From an uncultured Verrucomicrobiae bacterium (GTDB lineage Bacteria > Verrucomicrobiota > Verrucomicrobiia > Limisphaerales > Palsa-1400): a stretch of 64,000 nucleotides of DNA. Shown piece by piece: positions 40,401 through 50,627 of the stretch; the first letter of the stretch is position 1, and every line of letters begins with the position of its first letter. The notes under the pieces are model-generated. The model had not been told where the DNA came from. It saw only the letters and a list, made by a program, of their open reading frames with translations, and ran no database searches. Both the position numbers and the translations under genes were made by a program. The DNA lies in the NCBI GenBank assembly GCA_963764165.1, contig CAVXRD010000003.1, positions 544,001-608,000 on the forward strand. The letters are read 5' to 3'.

Positions 40401-40615
40401 TTGACTTCTTCTTCAATCGGCGTGGCAACAGTATCGGCGATGACCTGGGGATTCGCGCCGGGATAGGATGCTTTTACCACAACCGTCGGCGGCACGACGG
40501 GAGGATATTCCGCCACTGGCAACTTCAGAAGCGCCAGCCCGCCCGCGATCAAAATGACAATCGACAGCACCGAGGCAAAAATCGGGCGGCCGATAAAGAA
40601 GTGGGAGAATTTCAT
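37478..40615 (-). CDS. RND efflux permease (HAE1, MexF-like)
   Basis: FFIGRPIFA, AIGIVVDDAIVVVENVER, KNAILIVEFA, RLRPILMTS. Confidence 0.95.
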   Translation of the reverse strand: MKFSHFFIGRPIFASVLSIVILIAGGLALLKLPVAEYPPVVPPTVVVKASYPGANPQVIADTVATPIEEEVNGVEDMLYMSAQCASDGTMQLTVTFKIGTDLDKAQVLVENRVAVAEARLPEEARRLGVTTAKSSPDITLVVNLFSPDGRYDQVYVSNYGYLQVKDALARLPGVGSIIIFGARDYSMRIWLDPEKIAARNLTADDVITAIREQNVQVAAGQIGQPPVGKGVDFQYIVNTQGRLTDEKQFADMAIKNGADGQVTRVRDVARVELAALDYSMNTKLDGRPTAAVAIFQLPGSNSIETSDAVHAAMKELKKRFPPGLDYKIVFDTTGFTRESIRAVVHTLIEAMLLVVLVVVVFLQTWRASLIPLLAVPVSLIGTFGAMAVMGFSINNLSLFGLVLAIGIVVDDAIVVVENVERNMGLGLSPRDATAKAMDEVSGAVVAVALVLAAVFVPTAFITGVSGQFYRQFALTIAFSTLISAFNSLTLSPALCAILLQPHGHRTDIFSRVLNSSAGWFFNGFNTAFGRCTTAYSNAVRRLIGVSALVVIVYFGLIGLTWFSFQRVPTGFIPPQDKGYLAIAVQLPDSASLERTDAVVDRIGKICSETPGVKASIDLAGLSVISLSASPNSGTVFVILDDFEERTPKGLTGDVVLGNLRQKLAGISEGFVGVFPPPPVNGMGVVGGFKMELQDRGGAGLQALQGAAMQLMVEANKTGKVQVSYPTFRASTPQLYLDVDRLKAKSMGVPLTDLFDTLQVYLGSLYVNDLNLFGRTYHVTAQADAPFRREPEDILNFKTRNSQGQMVPLGTLVKVRSVTGPDHIVRYDMYPAAEITGSGSPGVSSSEAIATMEKTVQQKLPSSMGFEWTELTLQEILEGNTSHYIFPLCVLFVFLTLAALYESWSLPLAIILIVPMCLLFAILGVWIRGMDNNIFTQIGFVVLVGLACKNAILIVEFAKQQQDAGMGRKEAAVEASRLRLRPILMTSFAFIFGVVPLVLAKGAGGEMRRVLGTAVFSGMLGVTFFGIFLTPVFYNVIRFLTERRKT

Positions 40616-40625
40616 CGCGCCTCGC

Positions 40626-41792
40626 TTATTGCGTCACAGCAACGGGGGCCGCGTTGGTGGGATTGGGGATGATTTTGGAGCCGGGCCGGACGGCCATCAA
40701 CCCGTCGATGATAATCCAATCATTCGTCTGCAATCCTCCCAGCACCTCCCTCATTCCGTCGATGATCGGGCCAAGTTTCACGGGGGCGTATTGGACGGTG
40801 TTCGACGAGCTTGTTGTCAATACGAATTTTTGATCCTGGTCGGAGCCGACAGCGAGATCGGGAATCAACAGCGCCTGATGCGCCTCCGATCCCGGCACGC
40901 GGACGCGCGCAAAAAATCCGGGTTGCAGGACGCGGTCGGGATTCGAGAACTTCCCACGCACGCGCATGGTGCCGGTGTTTGGGTCAACCTGGTTGTCAAC
41001 AAAATCGAGCACGCCCTTGTGCGGGAAGCCGGTTTCGTTGGCCAATTCGATTTCGACGGGCCATTTGCCGCCGCCAAAATTTCCGTGCTCGCCATGGCGC
41101 GAAAGATCGGCGTATTTCAGGATGGATCGTTCGTCGGCGTCGAAGCGGCAGTAAATCGGGTCCTGCGCCACAATGGTGGCCAGCAGCGAGGATTCCCCTG
41201 CTCCGCCATTGACGAGATTGCCCTCGGTCATCATTTTGCGGCCGATGCGACCGTCGATGGGCGCGCGAATCTCGGTATATTCCATGTTCAATTTCGACAT
41301 CTCGACGGCGGCCAACGCTGATTGAATGCCGGCGCTGGCGGTGCGCTCCGCCTTGGAGCGCGAATCGGCGTCTTCCTCCGAGATGGCGCGGGCTTTAAGC
41401 AGGCGGCTGGCGCGGGCAAGGTCGTTGCTGGCCAATTCGTATTTCGTCTGCGCTTGCAACAGGTCCGCGTTGGCGCGGTCGAGGTCAGCCTTGTAGGGGC
41501 GCGGGTCAATGACAAAAAGCAGATCGCCTTTTTTGACTTCCGCGCCGTCCTTGAAATGAATGGATTGCAGGTAGCCATTGACCCGGGCGCGAATGGCGAC
41601 GGTGTCGACCGCTTCGACCCAGCCCTGGTATTCGTCCCATTCCGTGACCTCTTTTGCGATGGGATGCACGACGGCGACCGGCATGGGCGGCATCTCGGGC
41701 GGGCCGCCAGCGGACAGGTTGTTTTGCTTTCGATCACAACCAGCGACCATCAGCAATAGAAGACCTGCCCACAAAATCCATTTCACCTTCAT
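40626..41792 (-). CDS. RND periplasmic adaptor (MexE-like lipoprotein)
   Basis: Lipobox VAGC, IRARVNGYL, VKKGDLLFVIDPRPY, APIDGRIGR, TGTMRVRG. Confidence 0.93.
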   Translation of the reverse strand: MKVKWILWAGLLLLMVAGCDRKQNNLSAGGPPEMPPMPVAVVHPIAKEVTEWDEYQGWVEAVDTVAIRARVNGYLQSIHFKDGAEVKKGDLLFVIDPRPYKADLDRANADLLQAQTKYELASNDLARASRLLKARAISEEDADSRSKAERTASAGIQSALAAVEMSKLNMEYTEIRAPIDGRIGRKMMTEGNLVNGGAGESSLLATIVAQDPIYCRFDADERSILKYADLSRHGEHGNFGGGKWPVEIELANETGFPHKGVLDFVDNQVDPNTGTMRVRGKFSNPDRVLQPGFFARVRVPGSEAHQALLIPDLAVGSDQDQKFVLTTSSSNTVQYAPVKLGPIIDGMREVLGGLQTNDWIIIDGLMAVRPGSKIIPNPTNAAPVAVTQ

Positions 41793-41806
41793 AAAATTAT
41801 TCAGAA

Positions 41807-42508
41807 TCAGGATTCGAAAAACTCGTTGAGAGCTTCGGGATCAAAATACTTTTTAATGGCGCTCCGCTTCAAGCCCATCCCGCGCAGTGTAAACAGCACG
41901 GCCTGGCGCACAAGCTCTTCGCGCGACTCGGTATACCCAATGGCAGGCTGCGGTGGCAAATGAACAAGCGCAATCCACGCGGCCAGATGATGCGCGAACC
42001 GGGCGGTGTTGGCGGGCGGAATCGGCGATTCCTCCGCGTCACCAGCCTCCACGGCAACTTTCAGGCATTCCTCAATCCGCGAGCAAAAACAATCGAAGCG
42101 ATTCTGATACATTAGGCGGGCATACAAACCGTCCTCCAGAAAACTGTTCAGCATGAGGCGAAGGCGCGTGTTCCATTCAATGGCCGCAAACGGTTTGCCA
42201 AGAATTTGAATGCTGACAATATAATAGACCAGTTTCACCAGCGTGCCGGTGGAAGCCTCCAGCTCCTTTGTCAACTGAACAAATTTGCGGGTCGATGGGT
42301 TGGTGCTTTGGCAGATCAGATTTTGAATCTCGACGTAAATTGCGTCCTTGCTCGGGAAATGGCGGTAAAGGAGCGGCTCGGAAACGCCGGCCGCGCGGGC
42401 GAGTTCCTTGGTCGTGGTTTCCGCGTAACCCTTGCACGCAAAAAGAGGCAGCGCGGCCTGTACAATGGCCGCCTTTCGCGCTTCTGCCGAAAGCCGGGTT
42501 TTCTTCAT
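41807..42508 (-). CDS. TetR/AcrR family transcriptional regulator
   Basis: N-terminal HTH: TTTKELARAAGVSEPLLYRHFPSK. Confidence 0.93.
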   Translation of the reverse strand: MKKTRLSAEARKAAIVQAALPLFACKGYAETTTKELARAAGVSEPLLYRHFPSKDAIYVEIQNLICQSTNPSTRKFVQLTKELEASTGTLVKLVYYIVSIQILGKPFAAIEWNTRLRLMLNSFLEDGLYARLMYQNRFDCFCSRIEECLKVAVEAGDAEESPIPPANTARFAHHLAAWIALVHLPPQPAIGYTESREELVRQAVLFTLRGMGLKRSAIKKYFDPEALNEFFES

Positions 42509-42517
42509 GACGACAAC

Positions 42518-42545
42518 AAGTTAGTGCATACTAACTTATAGTCAA
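42518..42545 (-). promoter_or_regulatory. Promoter and palindromic TetR operator of the efflux operon
   Basis: Perfect inverted repeat aagttagt-gcat-actaactt (42518-42537) lies within minus-strand TTGACT-16-TAACTT. Confidence 0.65.
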
Positions 42546-42653
42546 TGATTAAGGATGGGGCTCGGAATGGGAAGAATGGGAGTTAGGACAGCCCTGCGCT
42601 GCCTTGCAAAAACAGGCGGGCGTGGCAAACTTCCGGTGGTGAATCGGTTTGTC

Positions 42654-43577
42654 ATGCGCGCGTCGACATTGCAGTTTCGCTGGCCGAAAACCTCACGCTC
42701 TTTTTGGGCGCTGGGGGCGGCTGTTCTGATGCTTGGCCTCCTCTGCTCAGCAAATGCCCAATTCCGAAATGGCAGGGGCGGCGGCGGGCGCGGCACCCGC
42801 GGATTTGGCGGCGGGGGGATGTATCGCTGGTCAGCCGAACGCGAGGAGGAGCAGGAATTAATGCGCAAGGCCATTGATCCCGCCTTCAAAGACGACGTTT
42901 TCACCTTCGCCCGGCTAAGATTCGACTCCGATCCCGATGAGTATGGCGTGGGACGCGCATGGAATGATGACACGCCCAACGCGGATATGCTCCTCACGTT
43001 TCGCCTGTTCCAGATGACCAGCATGAAGGTGCGACCGGGCGTCAACGCCATCGATATCACCACCAAGCAGTTGCAGGACTTCCCTTTTGTTTACATGGCG
43101 GGCGGCGGCCGCTTCGATTTGCATGATGAGGAGGTGGCGGACCTGCGGAAGTATTTGCTTAACGGAGGGTTTGCGATGGTGGACGATTTTTGGGGAGACA
43201 GCCAGTGGGATCATTTTTATGCCCAGCTCAAGCGCATTTTTCCAGATCGCGCCCCCGAGCTGCTCGATTTGTCACACCCGATTTTCAAGAGCGTTTACAC
43301 TTTCAAGAAACAGCCGCAAACGCCGAGCGTCGCCGATTATTATCGGACGGGCCATTCCTACGACCAGGGATACGATTACAGCCGGCTGGGCCATGATCCG
43401 CGTTATTTCGCCATCTATGATGACAAGCATCGGATGGTGATGCTGATCTGCCACAACAACCATTACGGTGATGGGTGGGAGCACGAGGGCGAGGACGAAG
43501 GTTACTTCAACCTTTTCAGCGAGCCAATGGGCTACCCAATGTTCATCAACATCGTCGCCTACATCACGTCGCATTGA
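42654..43577 (+). CDS. DUF4159 domain-containing exported protein
   Basis: FTFARLRF, FPFVYM, LRKYLLNGGFAMVDDFWG, HPIF, GDGWE; start uncertain. Confidence 0.75.
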   Translation: MRASTLQFRWPKTSRSFWALGAAVLMLGLLCSANAQFRNGRGGGGRGTRGFGGGGMYRWSAEREEEQELMRKAIDPAFKDDVFTFARLRFDSDPDEYGVGRAWNDDTPNADMLLTFRLFQMTSMKVRPGVNAIDITTKQLQDFPFVYMAGGGRFDLHDEEVADLRKYLLNGGFAMVDDFWGDSQWDHFYAQLKRIFPDRAPELLDLSHPIFKSVYTFKKQPQTPSVADYYRTGHSYDQGYDYSRLGHDPRYFAIYDDKHRMVMLICHNNHYGDGWEHEGEDEGYFNLFSEPMGYPMFINIVAYITSH

Positions 43578-43758
43578 CCAGATGATCCCGGGGCAAGGCT
43601 TCCTCCCAGCCGCCCCTTTTCGGAGATGGCTCGGATGGAACCCTCCCCCGGCCGTCCCGCAGTGTATTTTCTTGGGAAGGACGATACATGCGCAACCCTC
43701 CCGCGCCAAAGCCACGGAGAACATATGGACGCCTTGGCGATGCGTCGCTGTCTGTTAG

Positions 43759-45084
<1,326 letters not shown>

Positions 45085-45108
45085 CGGCCACATTCTTAAT
45101 TCAGGCGC

Positions 45109-45759
45109 ATGACGGAGCCACACGAGTCGCTCCTTCATCGCCTGATGCATTGGTATCAGGACTCTCTTGATTCCGGAGGGTATTGGCTCATCGCTGCGTT
45201 GATGGCGATTGAGAGCACATTCGTTCCCATTCCCAGCGAGGGAATCATTCCTTTTGCCGCGCACTACGCTCAAACATCAGGAAAGCTGACGCTTGCTGGC
45301 GTTGTCATCGCCGGAACTTTGGGCTCGTGGCTTGGCGCGACGATCATGTATTGGGCATCGCGCATCGCGGGACGCCCGCTGGTCTTGAAATTCGGCAAAT
45401 ACTTTCTCGTCAACGAATCCAAAGTCGAAGCGTCGGAACGCTGGGCAAAACGGTATGGGGCCTTTGGCGTTTTCGTGGCCCGGCTGCTGCCGGTGGTCCG
45501 GCATTTGATCGGCATTCCGATGGGCATTGCCAAAATGAATTTCCTTCTTTACTCGACTTTCACGCTTGTGGGTTCGGGAATTTGGTGCTCCGTGCTGGTT
45601 TGGGTGGGGGTGAAGGCGGGACAGGACACGCAGCTTATGGCGGGAGATTTGCACCATATCATGTTCTGGATGCTTGGAGCGCTCGCGGTCATCGGGGCGT
45701 TGTATTTCTTCTTCGTTCACCGGCATTTCGCTGCGGGCGATTCGGCAAAAAAACTTTAA
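45109..45759 (+). CDS. DedA family membrane protein
   Basis: ESTFVPIPSE, ARLLPVVRHLIGIPMG. Confidence 0.9.
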   Translation: MTEPHESLLHRLMHWYQDSLDSGGYWLIAALMAIESTFVPIPSEGIIPFAAHYAQTSGKLTLAGVVIAGTLGSWLGATIMYWASRIAGRPLVLKFGKYFLVNESKVEASERWAKRYGAFGVFVARLLPVVRHLIGIPMGIAKMNFLLYSTFTLVGSGIWCSVLVWVGVKAGQDTQLMAGDLHHIMFWMLGALAVIGALYFFFVHRHFAAGDSAKKL

Positions 45760-45792
45760 TCTCAGGGAAGCGCCAGCTACTCTGCTCTTCGA

Positions 45793-48657
45793 ATGACTTC
45801 CGCTGAAATTCGACAATCGTTCTTGGACTTTTTCCGCTCCAAAGGCCACACCATCGTGCCTTCGTCGAGCCTGCTGCCCGATTCCCCCGGCCTGCTCTTC
45901 ACGAACGCGGGCATGAATCAATTCGTCCCGATCTTCCTGAACGAGCGCGCGCCCGATGTCGACAAATGGCCCGGCGCCATTCCCGGAAGCCCCACCCGCG
46001 CCACGGACACGCAAAAGTGCATTCGCGCCGGCGGCAAACACAACGATCTCGAGGACGTCGGGATGGACACCTACCATCATACGTTTTTCGAAATGCTGGG
46101 GAATTGGAGCTTCGGCGATTATTTCAAAAAAGAGACCATCGATTGGGCGTGGGAATTGATTACAGAGGTTTGGAAATTTCCAAAAAACCGTCTTTACGCC
46201 ACCGTTTACAGTCCTGATAAATCGAAAAACGATCCAAGCGATTTCGACCAGGAAGCCTACGACTTGTGGGCCGCGAAATTCACCGCCGCTGGATTGGATC
46301 CGAAAGTCCACATCGTCAACGGCAACAAGAAAGACAATTTCTGGATGATGGGCGAAACCGGCCCCTGCGGCCCCTGCTCAGAAATTCATGTTGACCTAAC
46401 TCCGGCTGGCGACACCCAAGGCAGCCTCGTCAACAAAGGCGACGCCCGTTGCATCGAAATTTGGAACCTGGTTTTCATCCAATTCAATGCCAATGCGGAC
46501 GGCACATTCTCTCCCCTGCCCGCCAAACACGTCGATACCGGAATGGGATTCGAGCGCGTGACCGGCATTATCCAGAACACGAATGGTTTCAAAGATTTCA
46601 CAAAAACGATCTCCAATTACGACACTGATATTTTCCGTCCGATTTTTGACGAATTGGAAAGGTTGAGCAAACAGAAATATTGTTCGTCGTTACCGGAGGA
46701 TGGGCGCTCGGTTGGCGGGGCGAATTTATTGGCTTTCAGTCGAAATCCACAGCTCCAAATTGACGTGGCTTGTCGCGTCGTCGCCGATCATCTTCGCACA
46801 CTTAGCTTTTCCATAGCGGATGGAATCTTGCCGGGCAACAACGGGCGAAATTATGTCTTGCGGCGAATTCTGCGGCGAGCGGTTCGCTACGGTCGGACGC
46901 TTGGTTTTCGTGAGCCGTTTTTCTACAAATTAGTCACAATCCTCGTCAATGAAATGGGCGACGTATTTCCTGAGCTTCGCGCTAAGGAAACGAACATTCG
47001 GGAGATCATCAAAGCCGAAGAAGACGCTTTTACCAAGACGCTGGACAGGGGGCTAGCGCTGTTTGAAGGCCAAATGCGGGCCGCTAATGAGCCCAGCAGT
47101 GTGCCAGGCCCCGCGATCCGCAGAGAGATAGGCATGAGCATGCCTTCAACTGGTGGCTCGCAACCCTCCGAGCCTTACATTCTTATCGAGACCACCGAAC
47201 GCGGGGATGAAAGGATCGTTACGAAAACGTTCGCTTTCTTACTTTACGACACTTATGGCTTCCCATTGGATCTCACGGAGTTAATGGCTCGCGAACGCGG
47301 ATTCAGTGTGGATGTCGAGGGTTTTAACAGACTCATGGAAGAGCAGCGCGCCCGCGCCCGCGCCGCTCAGAAAAAAGAAATTATTGCGGCGTCCAACATC
47401 GACACCTCGAAGCCGACTCGCTTCGTTGGCTTCGACCAATTGCAAACGGAAGCGACTGTAATTGAAGTTGTCAAATTGAAGGACAAATTGGCGATCACAC
47501 TGGATGTCTCTCCCATGTACGCAGAGATGGGCGGACAGGTTGGTGACACGGGCGAAGCGCAATCCGGCGCGAATGTCTGGCACATTGTCAATACTCAGAA
47601 GACCAGCAATACGTTCCTGCATTTTCTCGGCGGTGAGGATGCGCCCGAACACGGCGACAAAGTCGAGTTGCGCGTGAACGCTTCGCGCCGCGGCGCGATT
47701 CAGCGGCATCACTCGGTGACTCACCTGCTCCATTGGGCCTTGCACGAAGTCGTCAGCCCTGATGCGACGCAAAAAGGTTCGTTCGTCGGGCCGGACAAAT
47801 TGACGTTCGATTTTGGCAGCGCGCCGCTGACACCCACGCAAGTCAGCGACATCGAGCGGCTTGTCAACGAGCGCATTGTGGAGAATGGCGGCGTAAGTTG
47901 GACGGAAGTTCCATATGCGTCGATCAAAGGCCGCAAGGACATCATGCAATTCTTCGGAGAGAAGTATGGCGATGTTGTGCGCGTGGTGCAGATCGGCGGG
48001 GAGCATGGCGCGCTGAATGGCTATTCCATGGAGCTTTGCGGCGGCACCCACACACGGGCCACGGGCGAAATCGGGCTTTTCCGAATCATCAGCGAGGCGG
48101 CGGTGGCGGCTGGCGTTCGGCGTATTGAAGCTGTAGCCGGACTGCGCGCCTACCAAAAAACGCGCGAGGATGCTGCGCTCATTTCAACGGTGGCGGGAAA
48201 ATTGAATGCCCCCATTGGCGAATTGGAAAAGAAAATCGATTCCTTGCTCGGCCACCAGAAGGAATTGGAAAAACAAATTCTCGCCGCGCGTCAGAAACAA
48301 GCCGCTGAAACCGGCCGCGCGTTAATTGCGAAAGCTTCCAGCGGCGCGGTTCCGGCCATCATCGAAAATCTCGGAGCAGTGGATGGCGACTTTGTGCAGA
48401 GCACGGCGGATGCGATCAAGGGCCAATTCAAAGGCGTGATTCTGCTCGCCGGAACAGCAAACGGAGCCGTCTCGCTGGTGGCGGCGGTGACGCCGGAGTT
48501 CACCTCGAAATTTCAGGCTGGCAAAATCATCCAGGCCATCGCGCCCATTATCGGTGGAAAAGGCGGCGGGAAACCCGACAATGCCCGCGGCGGCGGCAAG
48601 GATGTTGCAAAATTGGACGAGGCGCTGGAAAAGGCCAAAGCCATCCTTGCATCGTAG
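45793..48657 (+). CDS. alaS: Alanine--tRNA ligase
   Basis: LLFTNAGMNQF, HHTFFEMLGNWSFGDYFK, DTGMGFER, YDTYGFP, HSVTHLLH, ELCGGTH, GGKGGGK. Confidence 0.98.
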   Translation: MTSAEIRQSFLDFFRSKGHTIVPSSSLLPDSPGLLFTNAGMNQFVPIFLNERAPDVDKWPGAIPGSPTRATDTQKCIRAGGKHNDLEDVGMDTYHHTFFEMLGNWSFGDYFKKETIDWAWELITEVWKFPKNRLYATVYSPDKSKNDPSDFDQEAYDLWAAKFTAAGLDPKVHIVNGNKKDNFWMMGETGPCGPCSEIHVDLTPAGDTQGSLVNKGDARCIEIWNLVFIQFNANADGTFSPLPAKHVDTGMGFERVTGIIQNTNGFKDFTKTISNYDTDIFRPIFDELERLSKQKYCSSLPEDGRSVGGANLLAFSRNPQLQIDVACRVVADHLRTLSFSIADGILPGNNGRNYVLRRILRRAVRYGRTLGFREPFFYKLVTILVNEMGDVFPELRAKETNIREIIKAEEDAFTKTLDRGLALFEGQMRAANEPSSVPGPAIRREIGMSMPSTGGSQPSEPYILIETTERGDERIVTKTFAFLLYDTYGFPLDLTELMARERGFSVDVEGFNRLMEEQRARARAAQKKEIIAASNIDTSKPTRFVGFDQLQTEATVIEVVKLKDKLAITLDVSPMYAEMGGQVGDTGEAQSGANVWHIVNTQKTSNTFLHFLGGEDAPEHGDKVELRVNASRRGAIQRHHSVTHLLHWALHEVVSPDATQKGSFVGPDKLTFDFGSAPLTPTQVSDIERLVNERIVENGGVSWTEVPYASIKGRKDIMQFFGEKYGDVVRVVQIGGEHGALNGYSMELCGGTHTRATGEIGLFRIISEAAVAAGVRRIEAVAGLRAYQKTREDAALISTVAGKLNAPIGELEKKIDSLLGHQKELEKQILAARQKQAAETGRALIAKASSGAVPAIIENLGAVDGDFVQSTADAIKGQFKGVILLAGTANGAVSLVAAVTPEFTSKFQAGKIIQAIAPIIGGKGGGKPDNARGGGKDVAKLDEALEKAKAILAS

Positions 48658-48673
48658 ACGCGGGTTGAACAAT

Positions 48674-48821
48674 GGGGAAGCCACAGATTGACACAGATCA
48701 GCACAGATTTGGGAAAAGGAATTTGTGTTCCATGTGTTTGCAATTGGCGTCTCTTGTGATCAATTCACGCAGCCCGAACCATTCTTATCTGTGTTGATCT
48801 GTGTCGATTTGTGGCTTCCCC
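48674..48821. repeat. Long inverted repeat (35-bp arms) made of 10-bp cacagat units
   Basis: ggggaagccacagattgacacagatcagcacagat (48674-48708) pairs with atctgtgttgatctgtgtcgatttgtggcttcccc (48787-48821). Confidence 0.8.
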
Positions 48822-48901
48822 TTTCGTCTGCCTTCCTGTGGCTGATCTGCGGCAAAAAAAGTTTTCTTCCCAATTGCGCGCGCCGGGATTACACCTTGTT
48901 C

Positions 48902-49759
48902 ATGAACAAACGCGCTTTCGTTTCAGGCATCGCCGCCGCGACTTTCGTATTATTGACAATTTCCAACGCCTCCGCCGAAGATTCAGCGAAGCCAATTCGC
49001 GCGTTGCTGGTGACGGGCGGCTGCTGCCACGATTACGCCACTCAGAAGGACATTTTGAAGAAAGCCCTTGAGACGCGCGCGAATATCAAGGTGGACATTC
49101 AATACTCGGACTCACCGTCCACGAAAGCCCCACTCCCCATCCTCGGCAAGCCAGACTACGCCAGTGGTTACGACGTGGTGATTCACGATGAGTGCGTCGC
49201 CGATGTGTCCGATCCGGATACCGTGCTGGCCGTTTTGAAGCCTCACCTCGACGGTATTCCGGGTGTCAATCTTCATTGCGCCATGCATTCGTATCGCATC
49301 GGTGATCCAAAAACCCCGGTCACGTTGGGAACGCCGCACGGATATTGGTTTGAATACCTCGGCCTGCAATCATGCGAGCACTACGCTCAAAAGCCAATCG
49401 CGATCAAATTTACTGACAAGAAGAGTCCAATTGTCAAAGGAATGGTGAATTGGACGACCGTCAACGAGGAGCACTATAACAATGTGCATATTTTTGACAA
49501 AGCCCATCCCCTCGCCCACGGTTTTCAGGAGCTTCCGCAGAAAGATGGCACCGTCAAGACGAATGATTTTGTGGTAATCTGGACAAACCTCTACGGCCCG
49601 AAAAAAACGCGCGTCTTCAGCACTACGATTGGCCACAATAATGAAACTGTCTCCGATCCACGCTACCTTGAGTTGGTCACCCGCGGAGTGCTCTGGGCCA
49701 CAGGCCATTTGAACGACGACGGCACGGCGACCGAGGGCTACGGGCCAAAAGGCCGGTAA
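48902..49759 (+). CDS. Exported ThuA-like (class I glutamine amidotransferase-like fold) protein
   Basis: Signal peptide; ALLVTGGCCHDY, LHCAMHSY, RVFSTTIGHNNET. Confidence 0.75.
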   Translation: MNKRAFVSGIAAATFVLLTISNASAEDSAKPIRALLVTGGCCHDYATQKDILKKALETRANIKVDIQYSDSPSTKAPLPILGKPDYASGYDVVIHDECVADVSDPDTVLAVLKPHLDGIPGVNLHCAMHSYRIGDPKTPVTLGTPHGYWFEYLGLQSCEHYAQKPIAIKFTDKKSPIVKGMVNWTTVNEEHYNNVHIFDKAHPLAHGFQELPQKDGTVKTNDFVVIWTNLYGPKKTRVFSTTIGHNNETVSDPRYLELVTRGVLWATGHLNDDGTATEGYGPKGR

Positions 49760-49916
49760 AAAGCGGTTGCAGTTCGTTGGCATTTGCGGCGAGTGGCTTC
49801 TCATATGGGCCGTTCGCCACATCAATTAGGACGGCCTGACCGCCAAAGGCTGCGGCCCGAGCGGGCCAGTGAGCATCTTGCCAAGCCGGAAGAGGCGGCG
49901 TAAATTATGCGTTGAT

Positions 49917-50231
49917 ATGAAAAATGGCGCAAATCGTGTCTTGGCACGTCTTTCCGAGCGGATTGAGCTTGGGCAATTTATTGTGGCCGATCCGGAAATT
50001 TGTCACGGCAAGCCTACGTTCAAAGGCACCCGCATCATGGTGGGGCAGGTGCTGGATGACGTGGCGGACGGACGCTCATGGGAGTTTATTTGCGGCACAC
50101 GATGGGGCGGTCGGATTTCTCTGGCGGCTGTCGGCGAAGCAGTCAAACTTTCGCAGCAATCCTGGCTGGACAAGCGCGGTCGGTTGGTGCGGCCTCCACA
50201 CGCCAAAAGGGCCGAACTCACGCCCGCTTGA
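49917..50231 (+). CDS. DUF433 family antitoxin
   Basis: IVADPEICHGKPTFKGTRIMV. Confidence 0.85.
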   Translation: MKNGANRVLARLSERIELGQFIVADPEICHGKPTFKGTRIMVGQVLDDVADGRSWEFICGTRWGGRISLAAVGEAVKLSQQSWLDKRGRLVRPPHAKRAELTPA

Positions 50232-50620
50232 ATTTGCTGGACGAGAACTTCCCGGACGATCAACGGTCCCTCCTCCGGTTGTGGCGAATTCCATTCCAGG
50301 AAATAGGCCGGCATGCTGGTCGCTTTGGAATCAAGGACGATAACATTATCCCGCTTTTGCACAGGCTCCGGCAGGTCACATTTTTCACCCAGGACGAGGA
50401 CTTTTTTCGGCACCCACTCTGCCATTCGGCCTACTGTCTGGTTTGGCTGGACACTAGGGCCGATGATGCGGGCTACTTCACCCGCCGGTTTTTGCGGCAT
50501 CCGCGATTTAACACTATCACCAGCCGCATGGGGGCCGTCGTGCGAGTGCATATGAGCGGAATTCATTTCTGGCGGCGACACGCGCGCGCACTGCAAAGAG
50601 AGCCTTGGGCCGCCCAGTGA
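50228..50620 (+). CDS. DUF5615/VapC45-like PIN-domain toxin
   Basis: TTG start overlaps the DUF433 stop; LLDENF..GIKDDNI..FFTQDEDF acidic PIN motifs. Confidence 0.7.
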   Translation: MNLLDENFPDDQRSLLRLWRIPFQEIGRHAGRFGIKDDNIIPLLHRLRQVTFFTQDEDFFRHPLCHSAYCLVWLDTRADDAGYFTRRFLRHPRFNTITSRMGAVVRVHMSGIHFWRRHARALQREPWAAQ

Positions 50621-50627
50621 GATGCCG

